From: a virus
Taxonomy: Duplodnaviria; Heunggongvirae; Uroviricota; Caudoviricetes
Strand: one strand, 5' to 3'
DNA length: 64,000 nucleotides
Virus record (IMG/VR): IMGVR_UViG_3300033074_002207
The notes below the pieces were generated by a model, which searched no databases, had not been told where the DNA came from, and saw only the letters and a list, made by a program, of their open reading frames with translations. The position numbers and the translations under genes were made by a program. Below are positions 46,083-55,988 of the stretch, piece after piece; position 1 is the stretch's first letter, and every line of letters starts with the position of its first letter.

Positions 46083-47753
46083 ATGGTTGTTCAGGAACTA
46101 GAAACACTCATTGAAGCCACAATCTTGCAGATTTATGGCATTAATTGCACGACAAAACTTGTCGTGCCTAAAAATCTCTTTGGTGGACAGCGATTTTATG
46201 CATCAAATGTATCCTTTCGCCTATCAGAGCAACTGAAAAAGTCACCAGCAGATATTAGTTGTGAAATCGCATCTGCATTGCCTCAACACCGATATATTGA
46301 TGCTGTAGAGGCTGTTAACGGGTATATCAACATTCTGCTCAGCAAAGTAGCTATTGCTGACATCGTTTGCCGACTTCATGATACCGACAATTTAGCATCA
46401 TCTGATGTGAATGCCGGAAAAGCAATCGCCCTTGAATTTGTGAGCGCGAACCCCACTGGACCACTTAGTGTAGTCAACGGTCGTGCTGCCGCGATTGGAA
46501 GTAGCCTAGCTAATATTCTGGAAACCACTGGCGCGTCAGTAACAACGCGGTATTACATAAACGACAATCCCGAGTCTGGTCAGTTGGTAGCACTTAAAAA
46601 CACATTGGATTATTACGACAAGGTAAACCAAGGTGAGCAAGTTGAGTTTCCAGAGGATGGTTATAAGGGCGAGTTTATCAAGAGTGTGTGGAAAAAATAT
46701 CATGCATTTCACGCGGTTGGAGATATCGCTTTTGGTGCGGTTGCTGTTAATTACATCATTCAGTGCCAACAGGCTGACCTAGACGCATTAGGTGTTTATT
46801 TTGATTCATTTGACCGGGAATCTGTCTATATGAAGGGACGGACTTTAGACCGTTTGTTCAGCGGCTTCGGTGTGAATTTATCTGATTTCACCTATATCCA
46901 GGATGGTGCTACATGGTTGAAAACATCTGAATATGGAGATAGTAAAGACAGGGTTATAATTCGAGCAGATGGACGACCCACTTATTTCCATAATGACATC
47001 ATTTACCATGCCGTCAAATATTATCGCAGTCGAAACGCTGATTCGAATGTACAGCTAATTAATATTTTTGGAGCAGACCATCACGGTTATGTTGACCGAT
47101 TAAATGCTGTCATGCGAATGTGGGGATTGCCAGATATCACTGTGCTTTTAACTCAAATGGTGAGCCTGGAAACAACCGATGAGAACGGTGTCACCAGTGC
47201 ATATATTGGAAGCAAGCGAGAAGGGCAATATTTGCATCTTAAAGAGGATTTTATCGACCGTGTGGGTTGTGACGCAGCGCGATGGTATTTTCTGTCTGAG
47301 ACATTGACTGCACATTTGAAGATTAATGTCGATAAGGCGACAGAGCAGAATATGTCCAATCCGGTGTTTTATGTGCAATATGCACATGCGCGATTTGCTC
47401 AAATTCTTTCAAAGGCATCAACCTTGGGAATAACACTCGACGGTCATTTTGCGAATCTATATTTGTTAAATGAATCCGAGGCGGCTGTTCAGCTTATTCT
47501 CAAATTGAACGAATATGAGTCTGTAGTGGCTAGTGCCGCTGAGAAGTTGTCGCCACATGTCATCAAAACATACCTGTATGAGTTGGCACAACTGACGCAT
47601 AAATATTATGCCAGCGGACGACTTATCGAACAAGCATATGAAGAGTGCTTAGCGGGATTGTATTTGGTCACCACCACGAACAAAGTTTTAAAGCACGGAC
47701 TTGGCTTATTGGGAATCAGTGCGCCGTTGGCTATGGTGGCTTTAGACGAGTAA
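46083..47753 (+). CDS. arginyl-tRNA synthetase-like protein; HIGH-equivalent position appears degenerate (SVVNGRAA in place of HVGHLRS)
   Basis: SANPTGPLSVVNGRAAAIGSSLANIL and GADHHGYVDRL align by eye to ArgRS [22 protein letters not shown] / GADQHGY. Confidence 0.55.
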   Translation: MVVQELETLIEATILQIYGINCTTKLVVPKNLFGGQRFYASNVSFRLSEQLKKSPADISCEIASALPQHRYIDAVEAVNGYINILLSKVAIADIVCRLHDTDNLASSDVNAGKAIALEFVSANPTGPLSVVNGRAAAIGSSLANILETTGASVTTRYYINDNPESGQLVALKNTLDYYDKVNQGEQVEFPEDGYKGEFIKSVWKKYHAFHAVGDIAFGAVAVNYIIQCQQADLDALGVYFDSFDRESVYMKGRTLDRLFSGFGVNLSDFTYIQDGATWLKTSEYGDSKDRVIIRADGRPTYFHNDIIYHAVKYYRSRNADSNVQLINIFGADHHGYVDRLNAVMRMWGLPDITVLLTQMVSLETTDENGVTSAYIGSKREGQYLHLKEDFIDRVGCDAARWYFLSETLTAHLKINVDKATEQNMSNPVFYVQYAHARFAQILSKASTLGITLDGHFANLYLLNESEAAVQLILKLNEYESVVASAAEKLSPHVIKTYLYELAQLTHKYYASGRLIEQAYEECLAGLYLVTTTNKVLKHGLGLLGISAPLAMVALDE

Positions 47754-47755
47754 TT

Positions 47756-47784
47756 TTCCTCAAAACGAGTCTTATGGAGATATA
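47756..47784 (+). promoter_or_regulatory. promoter: TTCCTC-17-GATATA
   Basis: ttcctc aaaacgagtcttatgga gatata. Confidence 0.5.
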
Positions 47785-47789
47785 AAGTT

Positions 47790-48470
47790 ATGCCAGATTT
47801 ATCACCGCACACAAAAAGCTACGTCTTTGTATTTGACGACACGCCCATTACTATTGCAGTAACTAATCAAAGTCTTTTGGATATTGAGGGCGTAGAAGCA
47901 ATTGTCAATGCTGCTAACACAGGAATGCGTGGCGGTGGTGGCATTGATGGCGCGATTCATAAGGCGGCTGGAAGCGAACTTCTCGAAAGTCTTCAAAAAG
48001 AGGCTCCAAACGGATGCCCAACCGGAGAAGTTGTAGTTACCCCCGGTTTTAAAACTGGCTTCAAATACATTTTCCACACACCTGGTCCGCGATGGGAAGA
48101 TGGTAAAAGCGGAGAGAAAGAATATCTCATTTCATGCTATTGGAATTGCATGAATGAAGCCAATCTCCTCAAGGTTCCATCCATTGGTTTTTGCTCGATT
48201 TCTACAGGAATCTACCGATACCCGCTTGATGATGCTGCCTTCACCGCAGTAGAAACGGTGCTACGATATTTACGAAGCGCGATTGAAGATATCGGTGTAT
48301 CCCACACCACCAAGGTGGTATTTGCCATGTACACCAAGCCAGAGTATGACATGTATCTCGGTGTATTGGATGCATTATACGACCAGCATTTGGCAATGGA
48401 AAAGACAGCATCGCGTGGCGGTTTCTGGTATCGGCTTTCACAAAAGTTCTCAGGATGGTTGGTTAGATGA
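47790..48470 (+). CDS. macro domain protein (ADP-ribose / O-acetyl-ADP-ribose binding or hydrolysing)
   Basis: IVNAANTGMRGGGGIDGAIHKAAG. Confidence 0.85.
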   Translation: MPDLSPHTKSYVFVFDDTPITIAVTNQSLLDIEGVEAIVNAANTGMRGGGGIDGAIHKAAGSELLESLQKEAPNGCPTGEVVVTPGFKTGFKYIFHTPGPRWEDGKSGEKEYLISCYWNCMNEANLLKVPSIGFCSISTGIYRYPLDDAAFTAVETVLRYLRSAIEDIGVSHTTKVVFAMYTKPEYDMYLGVLDALYDQHLAMEKTASRGGFWYRLSQKFSGWLVR

Positions 48471-48775
48471 AGAAATATTGCAACACAACGTTTTACAATG
48501 TGATTTTACCAGTCACACTTATGGTGTTAATGGTAACTGCTGCGGTTCTGTGGATGATTACACGGGTGGATTTTTGGATTTGGCTCTGTCTTATTATCTG
48601 CGTTTCTTTTAAATTTATCCATCACAAACTGGAAAGGCTTTCAATTCAACAGCGAGAGGACTACGGTCTTGTGGATAGTGAGGGAAGGCTTTACCCCGGT
48701 AGCCTGTCTGATGCTGATGAGCGCGAAATCTTGCGCATCAAAGAGGGATGGGATGACAATAAGGGGGTAAAATAA
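48467..48775 (+). CDS. small membrane protein
   Basis: two TM helices. Confidence 0.4.
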   Translation: MKKYCNTTFYNVILPVTLMVLMVTAAVLWMITRVDFWIWLCLIICVSFKFIHHKLERLSIQQREDYGLVDSEGRLYPGSLSDADEREILRIKEGWDDNKGVK

Positions 48776-48924
48776 TGTCCATGTCTGAATCTATCTTTGA
48801 TACAATATTTGGAATTATCATTGGCTTGTTTTTTCTTGCCATGTTATGGAACTACGTAATTGGCGAAGAAATCAAAACTTTCTTCGCGGATGTGTTGTCG
48901 CTCTTTAAGAAAAAGGGAGAGTAA
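48775..48924 (+). CDS. small membrane protein (49 aa)
   Basis: TAATG overlap; single TM; not in the ORF track (below 60 aa). Confidence 0.3.
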   Translation: MSMSESIFDTIFGIIIGLFFLAMLWNYVIGEEIKTFFADVLSLFKKKGE

Positions 48925-48926
48925 AA

Positions 48927-49418
48927 ATGCATGAAGTTTTTATCTGGACAGCGTTCAGGCATGTTTCTGTAAAAGAACCCTTTCAACAGTTTTATGCTAA
49001 TTATATAACAGAAATTTGGGACAACTTATCACGAGGCACACAGCAATGTATTGTGCGCGATGTGGAAGACATGGTGAGAAACCCTCACTGGTATCAAGAT
49101 GGCGCGATTGACAATTGGGGATTCATTCTTAATCTGCCACTTAATGCAGACACTAGAGGCGAGGGGCAAGTCAAACCAAATGAAATGTTTATGCTTTTTG
49201 CAGTTAAGTATGCTGCTGGGCGCATGACCTATGTTGTCAGTTGGGTGGTTGATGAGCTTCGCAAAGTCTGGGATGGATTGCAGTATGAAACCAAATTTGA
49301 AATCCAAAGCTATCTATCTTTGCGAATGGACAGAGAGGGTGCGCTCGGGATGGATTGTGACAAGAAGCAATGGCTGGATGTAATTAGCTGGAAACTAGAA
49401 GAACCAGCAAATTCATAA
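48927..49418 (+). CDS. hypothetical protein (Trp-rich)
   Basis: 163-aa ORF. Confidence 0.45.
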   Translation: MHEVFIWTAFRHVSVKEPFQQFYANYITEIWDNLSRGTQQCIVRDVEDMVRNPHWYQDGAIDNWGFILNLPLNADTRGEGQVKPNEMFMLFAVKYAAGRMTYVVSWVVDELRKVWDGLQYETKFEIQSYLSLRMDREGALGMDCDKKQWLDVISWKLEEPANS

Positions 49419-49424
49419 TCAACT

Positions 49425-49453
49425 TTCCTCAAAACTGAAAATCGGGATATAAT
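49425..49453 (+). promoter_or_regulatory. promoter: TTCCTC-17-TATAAT
   Basis: ttcctc aaaactgaaaatcggga tataat. Confidence 0.6.
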
Positions 49454-49458
49454 AAACC

Positions 49459-50631
49459 ATGCAAAAGATTAATGGAATCCCGGTTTTCGGACATCCTGTC
49501 GATGAACAGGCTTTAGCGCAGATTCAGAACTGCATGCCAGAGGCATGCGGCGCGGCTCTTATGGGCGACCATCACCTTGGTTATTCTGTGCCCATTGGCG
49601 GCGTGGTCGTTTACGATGGAATGATTTCTCCAAGCGGCGTGGGATATGACATCGCATGTGGAAACAAGGCTGTCCGACTGGACATGGACGGAGACGAAGC
49701 TCGAAAGAACATCAAGACCATCATGGATGATGTTTGGAAGAGCATCGAATTTGGAATTGGACGCAAGAACCAAGAGGTAGTAGACCACGAGTTGTTCGAC
49801 AGTGACGCTTGGCGTTTCGGTGTGGCGTCAGATTTCAAGGACAAGGCGCGTGAACAGCTTGGAACTGTCGGAAGCGGAAACCACTATGTGGACATTTTCG
49901 TTGACGAAAAGAACCGGGTTTGGGTTGGCGTCCACTTTGGAAGCCGTGGACTTGGACATACTTTAGCAAGCCACTTCATTAAGTTGGGTGGTGGAAGCGA
50001 CGGTATGCATGTAAAGCCCGTGGTATTCGATGTCAATTCCAACCTTGGCGCAGATTATATCGAGTGCATGAATCTTGCTGGCGAATACGCTTATGCAGGA
50101 CGTGACTGGGTGTGTTCGCGTGTGGCGCAAATTCTTGGGGCACCGATTGTTGAAGAAATTCACAATCACCACAACTTTGCGTGGAAGGAAACTCACAACG
50201 GTCGAGACTATTGGGTTGTCCGCAAGGGCGCAACCCCGGCATTTCCTGGTCAAAAGGGATTTGTTGGCGGTTCAATGGGTGACCGTTCTGTGATTCTGGA
50301 AGGCTTGGAGTCAGATGCGTCTCGTGAAGCGTTTTATTCCACTGTGCATGGTGCTGGTCGTATTATGTCTCGTACAGAGGCGACTGGACTGAGCAAGTGG
50401 GGTAAGCGACGTGTGCGCGAACCTGGCGTTAAGCAAGAAGACATGGACGCTTGGGTGAAGAAGGTTGGTGTAGAACTTCGTGGCGCGGGTGTTGACGAAT
50501 CCCCGCAGGTGTACAAGCGCATCAATGATGTTCTTGAACATCACGAAGGAACCATCAAGATTCTACATACGCTTACGCCAATCGGCGTGGCTATGGCTGG
50601 AAGCGACACCTTCGACCCGTACAAGGATTAG
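49459..50631 (+). CDS. rtcB: RtcB-family RNA ligase (3'-phosphate/5'-OH)
   Basis: GVGYDIACGN, GSGNHYVD, HNHHNF, VHGAGR. Confidence 0.8.
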   Translation: MQKINGIPVFGHPVDEQALAQIQNCMPEACGAALMGDHHLGYSVPIGGVVVYDGMISPSGVGYDIACGNKAVRLDMDGDEARKNIKTIMDDVWKSIEFGIGRKNQEVVDHELFDSDAWRFGVASDFKDKAREQLGTVGSGNHYVDIFVDEKNRVWVGVHFGSRGLGHTLASHFIKLGGGSDGMHVKPVVFDVNSNLGADYIECMNLAGEYAYAGRDWVCSRVAQILGAPIVEEIHNHHNFAWKETHNGRDYWVVRKGATPAFPGQKGFVGGSMGDRSVILEGLESDASREAFYSTVHGAGRIMSRTEATGLSKWGKRRVREPGVKQEDMDAWVKKVGVELRGAGVDESPQVYKRINDVLEHHEGTIKILHTLTPIGVAMAGSDTFDPYKD

Positions 50632-50641
50632 TCCTTAAATT

Positions 50642-50671
50642 CGGAGTTGTTATATAGTGTAACAACTCCGA
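50642..50671 (+). other. perfect 12-bp hairpin (tcggagttgtta-tatagtg-taacaactccga) immediately after the rtcB stop; processing or termination signal without a T-run
   Basis: sequence. Confidence 0.4.
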
Positions 50672-50707
50672 ATCCTCAAAAGCGGATAAGCTCGGGTATA
50701 ATAAGAC

Positions 50708-51685
50708 ATGACTAAACAGACTCCAAACGGCGACATTAAGATTTTCAGCGGCAACGCTCATCGTGACTTGGCATTACGGGTTTGTAACTACTTAAATGTA
50801 GAACTTGGGCACATGACTTGTACAAGGTTCGCAGACGGTGAAGTTCGTGTAAAAGTCGATGAATCTGCGCGTGGAAACAATGTTTACATCATTCAGCCCA
50901 CATGTGCCCCAACAAATGACAACTTGATGGAGTTGCTTATTATGTTAGACGCCTTCCGACGAGCATCTGTCAAGGAAATCAATGTCATTATCCCATATTT
51001 TGGTTATGCGCGTCAGGACAAAAAGGTAAAGCCAAGGGAGCCTATTTCATCTGCTCTTGTTGCCAAGTTGATTGAAACTGCTGGCGCTGCTCATGTAACA
51101 GTTTGTGATATTCACGCTGAGCAAATTCAAGGATTTTTTGATATTCCAGTAGACCATCTTTATGCTGGACCGATTATCACCAGATTTTATGAAGAGCAAG
51201 GATATGCTAATCAAGACGATGTTTGTGTGGTTAGCCCAGACGTTTCTGGTGTTGCCCGAGCGCGAAATTTAGCTGAGTCTCTCAAGGCACCTATTGCTAT
51301 CGTTGCAAAGCGACGACCAGATGCTAATGTGGTAGACATTTTAGAAGTTATTGGTGATGTTGCTGGAAAACGTTGCATCATGATTGATGACATGCTCGAC
51401 ACAGGTGGTACCATTATTGCTGGCGCAGAAGCATTAGTTCGACGCGGTGCTGTTAGTGTTGAAGCGGCGACAACGCATTTGGTGTTAAGCGCCAATGCAT
51501 CCCAACGGCTTCAAGATTCAGATTCTATTACAAGAGTGGTGGGGCTGGATACAGTTCCTATTGCCAGTGAAAAGTTATTCCCCAAGCTAAGCGTCTTGCC
51601 CGTTGCACCGCTCATTGGTGAAGCTATTAAGCGATTCCACGCAAATCAATCAGTGAGCGAACTGTTTGAAAAATGGAGACATTAG
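50708..51685 (+). CDS. prs: ribose-phosphate pyrophosphokinase (PRPP synthetase)
   Basis: near full-length collinearity with bacterial Prs (FSGNAH..., DGEVRVKV, IIQPTCAPTNDNLMELLIM..., IPYFGYARQDKK, HAEQIQGFFDIPVD, DDMLDTGGT). Confidence 0.9.
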   Translation: MTKQTPNGDIKIFSGNAHRDLALRVCNYLNVELGHMTCTRFADGEVRVKVDESARGNNVYIIQPTCAPTNDNLMELLIMLDAFRRASVKEINVIIPYFGYARQDKKVKPREPISSALVAKLIETAGAAHVTVCDIHAEQIQGFFDIPVDHLYAGPIITRFYEEQGYANQDDVCVVSPDVSGVARARNLAESLKAPIAIVAKRRPDANVVDILEVIGDVAGKRCIMIDDMLDTGGTIIAGAEALVRRGAVSVEAATTHLVLSANASQRLQDSDSITRVVGLDTVPIASEKLFPKLSVLPVAPLIGEAIKRFHANQSVSELFEKWRH

Positions 51686-51686
51686 T

Positions 51687-51715
51687 TTCCTCATAGTTGA
51701 AAGTTTGACTATAAT
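51687..51715 (+). promoter_or_regulatory. promoter: TTCCTC-17-TATAAT
   Basis: ttcctc atagttgaaagtttgac tataat. Confidence 0.6.
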
Positions 51716-51721
51716 AAACAC

Positions 51722-52783
51722 ATGGGACGGCTTTTAACTAGAACAGAATTTAGGGAAGGAGTGCTGGAGCGCGACGGACATCGTTGTGTGATTTGTGGTA
51801 TCTCTGGTGTCAAGTTAGACGCCCATCATATTGTTGAACGAAGACTTTGGACAGCCGAACACGAGTTTGGCGGATATTTTCTCGACAATGGAGCATCCGT
51901 TTGCGAAACCCATCATATCATGGCTGAACAGACTGTTTTGTCATGTGATGATGTGCGTCGTGCTGCTGGAATCACCAAGGTGATTCTTCCAGAGCAATAT
52001 TACGATGACGTTGTGATTGACAAGTGGGGTAACTACATTCAATCAAACGGCACCAGGCTTCGCGGGGAGTTGTTTTATGATGAATCTGTTCAAAAAATTC
52101 TAAAAGAAGGTGGTGTTTTATCCGATTTTGTGGATTATGTTAAATATCCACGGACTTATCATTTAGATTTTAGCAATCCACCTAAAGATGATAAGGTTCT
52201 CAAAAATTACGACTTTATTCGTGACAAAGAAGTTGTAGTCACCGAAAAAATGGACGGCGAAAACACAACGATGTATCGTGATTATATCCATGCGCGGTCG
52301 CTTGAATATCTAACAGGAGAAGACCGTGGCTGGGTAAAAGCGTTGCATGCTAGAATTTGCTACGATATACCAGAAGGATGGCGTATTTGCGGTGAAAATC
52401 TGTATGCTAAGCACTCTATCACATATGTTGATTTAGAATCTTATTTCAACGTGTTTTCCATTTGGAATGAAAAGAATGAATGTTTGTCGTGGGATGACAC
52501 CGTTGAATGGTGCAACTTGCTGGGATTAAATCATGTTCCAGTCTTGGCTCGCGGACTTTTTGATAGAGAAGAGCTTCTTAGAATTACGCAAATGTTAGAT
52601 TTAACAGTTCAAGAGGGCTTTGTTGTGCGCCCAACTCAACAGTTTTCTTATTCAGATTTCAAATATGCAGTTATGAAATTTGTTAGACCCAACCATGTCA
52701 CCACCAGTAATCACTGGCGACATCAGCGTATCGTGCCAAATGGTTTGAAGAGAACAGACGCCTTGGAAAACATTGTGGTATAA
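51722..52783 (+). CDS. fusion protein: N-terminal HNH-like zinc/His domain + Rnl-type RNA ligase
   Basis: DGHRCVICG...DAHHIVER (HNH-like), then KYPRTYHLD and motif I EKMDGEN. Confidence 0.6.
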   Translation: MGRLLTRTEFREGVLERDGHRCVICGISGVKLDAHHIVERRLWTAEHEFGGYFLDNGASVCETHHIMAEQTVLSCDDVRRAAGITKVILPEQYYDDVVIDKWGNYIQSNGTRLRGELFYDESVQKILKEGGVLSDFVDYVKYPRTYHLDFSNPPKDDKVLKNYDFIRDKEVVVTEKMDGENTTMYRDYIHARSLEYLTGEDRGWVKALHARICYDIPEGWRICGENLYAKHSITYVDLESYFNVFSIWNEKNECLSWDDTVEWCNLLGLNHVPVLARGLFDREELLRITQMLDLTVQEGFVVRPTQQFSYSDFKYAVMKFVRPNHVTTSNHWRHQRIVPNGLKRTDALENIVV

Positions 52784-52804
52784 TCACTGGGCAAGCTAAT
52801 CATT

Positions 52805-52835
52805 TTCCTCAAAACTTAACACGCCACGGTATATA
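52805..52835 (+). promoter_or_regulatory. promoter: TTCCTC-17/19-TATATA
   Basis: sequence. Confidence 0.45.
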
Positions 52836-52838
52836 AAC

Positions 52839-53747
52839 ATGAGCATTCGAACCGATTTACACACTCAAGAGGGCATCCAGACATATGCGGCTGGTATGAA
52901 TGCCTCGGTTTCTGACAAAGCAAAGATTTTGCCCTATATTAAGCCAGGAAACATTTTGGAAATCGGGTGCGGAAACGGCACTGTTCTTGAGTTGATTTCG
53001 GAAGCTTTCCCCACTAGCAATGTATATGGCGTGGACATGTCTGCGCAGTTGCTTGGTCTTGCTGCGCAAAGAAAGTATGATGGACCGGTGCAGTTATACT
53101 GCTGTGATGCTAAAAAGCTGCACACCATTGACGGGGCACCGCGAAAATTCTCTACCATCATCTTTTGCTCAGTTCTGCACGAGATTTTCTCTGGATATCT
53201 TGCGCGTTCCGTAGAAGACAACCCTATTGAAGACGCTTTTAGGGACACAATGGATTTTGTCGCCCACTTCTGCGAAGAATATCTAGAAGAGGGTGGACGG
53301 CTTATCATCCGCGACGGTGTGCGCCCCAAGCCCGAAATGATTTATGTGGAAATTGACACCCCGGAACAGCGTGATACATTCTTCCGATTTGTGGATGATT
53401 TTACGCCGTTTAAGATTGAATTTAGCTACTCGTCGGTAACTAATAAAATCAAGATGCCATCTACGCATTTGTTTGAATTTCTTACCAAATATTTCTACGA
53501 GAAGAACTGGAACATTGAAGTAACAGAACAGTTCGGATGGGCTGACCCTGACTCGATTGCTGAGTATCTTCAAGACTACTTCGAAGGTGATGCAGAAATG
53601 ACGATGCAAACAGTAGAAGGGTGGTCTTATACGCTCGAATTCTTGCGAAACAAGTGGACTGGTGACTTTACTCTCACCGATATGGATGGTCAAGAGTATA
53701 CTCCAAAGTCTACAATGATGTACATTGCGGAAAAGGTGAGTTTATGA
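52839..53747 (+). CDS. class I SAM-dependent methyltransferase (possible Hen1-like RNA 3'-end 2'-O-methyltransferase given neighbourhood)
   Basis: motif I ILEIGCGNGTVLE, motif II VYGVDMS; adjacent to the RNA ligase. Confidence 0.6.
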   Translation: MSIRTDLHTQEGIQTYAAGMNASVSDKAKILPYIKPGNILEIGCGNGTVLELISEAFPTSNVYGVDMSAQLLGLAAQRKYDGPVQLYCCDAKKLHTIDGAPRKFSTIIFCSVLHEIFSGYLARSVEDNPIEDAFRDTMDFVAHFCEEYLEEGGRLIIRDGVRPKPEMIYVEIDTPEQRDTFFRFVDDFTPFKIEFSYSSVTNKIKMPSTHLFEFLTKYFYEKNWNIEVTEQFGWADPDSIAEYLQDYFEGDAEMTMQTVEGWSYTLEFLRNKWTGDFTLTDMDGQEYTPKSTMMYIAEKVSL

Positions 53748-54202
53748 GCCGAAAATCCCCCTGGTCTGACAAGGAGTTTTTAAGTGCGGTGATTCGTCAA
53801 CTGGCTGTTGATAATGGTACGCCCAATATCATGCCCACCTATGATGATATGTCGGCATACCCCGGCTTGTCTTCTTGGGTTAAGACCAAAGAGGGCGGTA
53901 CAAAGCGACTTTCTGACAAACTCAAAATGGTGATGAAGCCCAATATTATGCCAAATTCTAACAACAATCCGTTTTATCAACACAGTGTCATGAAGGGAGC
54001 AACTGTGTTGGTTCACAATCTCAACAACATTACACCAGCAATCGTCATTGATAAGAATGGCAAGCCTGGTGGTTTAAAAGTTATGGTGTTGAACACAAAA
54101 ATGGCTATCAAAAATGTCCAATATGGGAAAACTCCATCCAGACATTTTCAATGGTGCTATGTATCCGATTTGCCCAAGGGCGCTGTAACGATTGAAGTCT
54201 AG
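53744..54202 (+). CDS. hypothetical protein
   Basis: 152-aa ORF. Confidence 0.4.
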   Translation: MSRKSPWSDKEFLSAVIRQLAVDNGTPNIMPTYDDMSAYPGLSSWVKTKEGGTKRLSDKLKMVMKPNIMPNSNNNPFYQHSVMKGATVLVHNLNNITPAIVIDKNGKPGGLKVMVLNTKMAIKNVQYGKTPSRHFQWCYVSDLPKGAVTIEV

Positions 54203-54209
54203 AGCAATT

Positions 54210-54238
54210 TTCCTCATACACCGGGCGGACTCCATATA
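54210..54238 (+). promoter_or_regulatory. promoter: TTCCTC-17-CATATA
   Basis: sequence. Confidence 0.4.
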
Positions 54239-54243
54239 GAAGT

Positions 54244-55275
54244 ATGGTAACACAGAATCTATATCGTCCTAAGTCGCTCAATGAGATTGTTGGACAAGAT
54301 GAAGTTCGAGAATATTTGCGCATCAAGGTAAGTGCAGCAAAAAATTCTGGCGCTCCTATTGGTCACACTCTTTTTCTGGGTTCTTCGGGTGCTGGTAAGA
54401 CCACCTTTGCACATGCAGTGGCTCTCGAAATGGGCGTTGATTGTGTAGAGTTGTTTGCACCAACGATTCCAAGCAAGGATGTTCTGATTCAGACACTCGC
54501 AAAACTGAAGCCAAATAGCATTGTGTTTGTGGACGAAATTCATGCGCTTTCTCCCAAGGTGCAGGAAGTTTTATACACTGCCCTTGAAGACGGTGAAATT
54601 CACGGAATCAACAAGTTCACTAAGGCTCAATACATTATCAAGGTTCCGCCCTTTACGATGATTGGTGCAACGACTCACGAGGGACGTTTGAACGAACCGT
54701 TGCGAAAGCGATTTCCAAACGCTGTTCGTCTGCGCCCTTACAATCTTGCAGAAATGACCAGAATCATTGTTTCGGCTGCTAAGAATCAGTTCCAGATTTT
54801 GCTGGACGAGAATACAGCAAAGCGCATCGCCTGTGTGTCTCAGGGCACTCCGCGTGTTGCACGGAACTTGCTAAAAGCCGCATATGAAGTGGCTCAGGCA
54901 TACAACTCGGATGTGTCAGTTGCGGTGGTAAACAAGACGTTGTTGTTCGAAGAGTTAGACCCGATTATTGGTCTGAATCGCGCTCAACGGCGCTACTTGA
55001 TGGCTCTCGCTACTGAGGGACAAATGGGTGCCAAGGGACTTGCGGTGCTTTTGGATGAACAGATTGAAACTATTGAGTTTGCAATCGAACCATTCTTGAT
55101 GCAAGAAGTGGAGCTTCCGCATCCAGACAACAACACACAATACGAATCTGGTATAATGGTAAAGCGAACAACCAAGGGTCGTCAAATCACCCCGTTTGGA
55201 TTGCGATACCTTCAGGTGTGCGCCAAGCTACAACAGCATGGTTGGTTGCAGGGCGAAAGTGTAAAGGTGGGTTAA
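54244..55275 (+). CDS. ruvB: RuvB-like AAA+ Holliday-junction branch-migration ATPase
   Basis: LYRPKSLNEIVGQDEVREYL...LGSSGAGKTTFAHAVALEMG...VFVDEIHALSP...PPFTMIGATT collinear with RuvB. Confidence 0.8.
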   Translation: MVTQNLYRPKSLNEIVGQDEVREYLRIKVSAAKNSGAPIGHTLFLGSSGAGKTTFAHAVALEMGVDCVELFAPTIPSKDVLIQTLAKLKPNSIVFVDEIHALSPKVQEVLYTALEDGEIHGINKFTKAQYIIKVPPFTMIGATTHEGRLNEPLRKRFPNAVRLRPYNLAEMTRIIVSAAKNQFQILLDENTAKRIACVSQGTPRVARNLLKAAYEVAQAYNSDVSVAVVNKTLLFEELDPIIGLNRAQRRYLMALATEGQMGAKGLAVLLDEQIETIEFAIEPFLMQEVELPHPDNNTQYESGIMVKRTTKGRQITPFGLRYLQVCAKLQQHGWLQGESVKVG

Positions 55276-55988
55276 TGAGACAATACTCTTCTTCTGAAAA
55301 AGAACTTAGACAGTCATGGGCGAAAGACATCTTTCACCCTGACTGTGAAGAGTATCGCGTACATTATGCGCTCACAGATTATCATGCCAATCAAAGCTTT
55401 GATTGGTTAATGTCTCAATATCAGGAAACTCACAGGTATTACCACAACCTTAACCACCTGTTTCACCTGTTTAACACTCCTTTTGAAAGAACCGACTATG
55501 GCTCTTCGCTGGTGAGAACACTATTCTTCTTCTTTCACGATTGTATTTACAACATCCCATCCTCTACCAACGAAGAGGATAGCGCAACTGAGTGTGAGGC
55601 TCGGTTGAGTTCTATGGGGTTTGTTAAATCCGAATCTGTGTTTAACAGACATAAAGGTGGGGAAACCAGAGATTTTGTATGTGAGACGATTCTGTTAAGC
55701 AAACACACACAACCCACAAACAACACCTTTCAACAAGAACTCTTAGATGCAGACCTTTGTATTCTGGGCGGAAATCCTCAAGAATACAAAGAGTATGTTA
55801 CTAATATAAGAACCGAATACGGAGTCGTCCCACAAAACGTATGGAATGAAAAGCGCGGCGAATTTTTAGAGTTTATGCTGACAAAGCCACGAATATTTCA
55901 ATCACCGCTTTTTTACGGACTCTACGAAGAACAAGCAAGACAAAACATGTCTGAAGAATTAAGCAAATACACACGAGAACAAATATGA
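55275..55988 (+). CDS. hypothetical protein, possible HD-type phosphohydrolase (H...HD)
   Basis: YHNLNHLFHLF...FFFFHDCIYN; start at the Met overlapping the ruvB stop. Confidence 0.3.
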   Translation: MRQYSSSEKELRQSWAKDIFHPDCEEYRVHYALTDYHANQSFDWLMSQYQETHRYYHNLNHLFHLFNTPFERTDYGSSLVRTLFFFFHDCIYNIPSSTNEEDSATECEARLSSMGFVKSESVFNRHKGGETRDFVCETILLSKHTQPTNNTFQQELLDADLCILGGNPQEYKEYVTNIRTEYGVVPQNVWNEKRGEFLEFMLTKPRIFQSPLFYGLYEEQARQNMSEELSKYTREQI

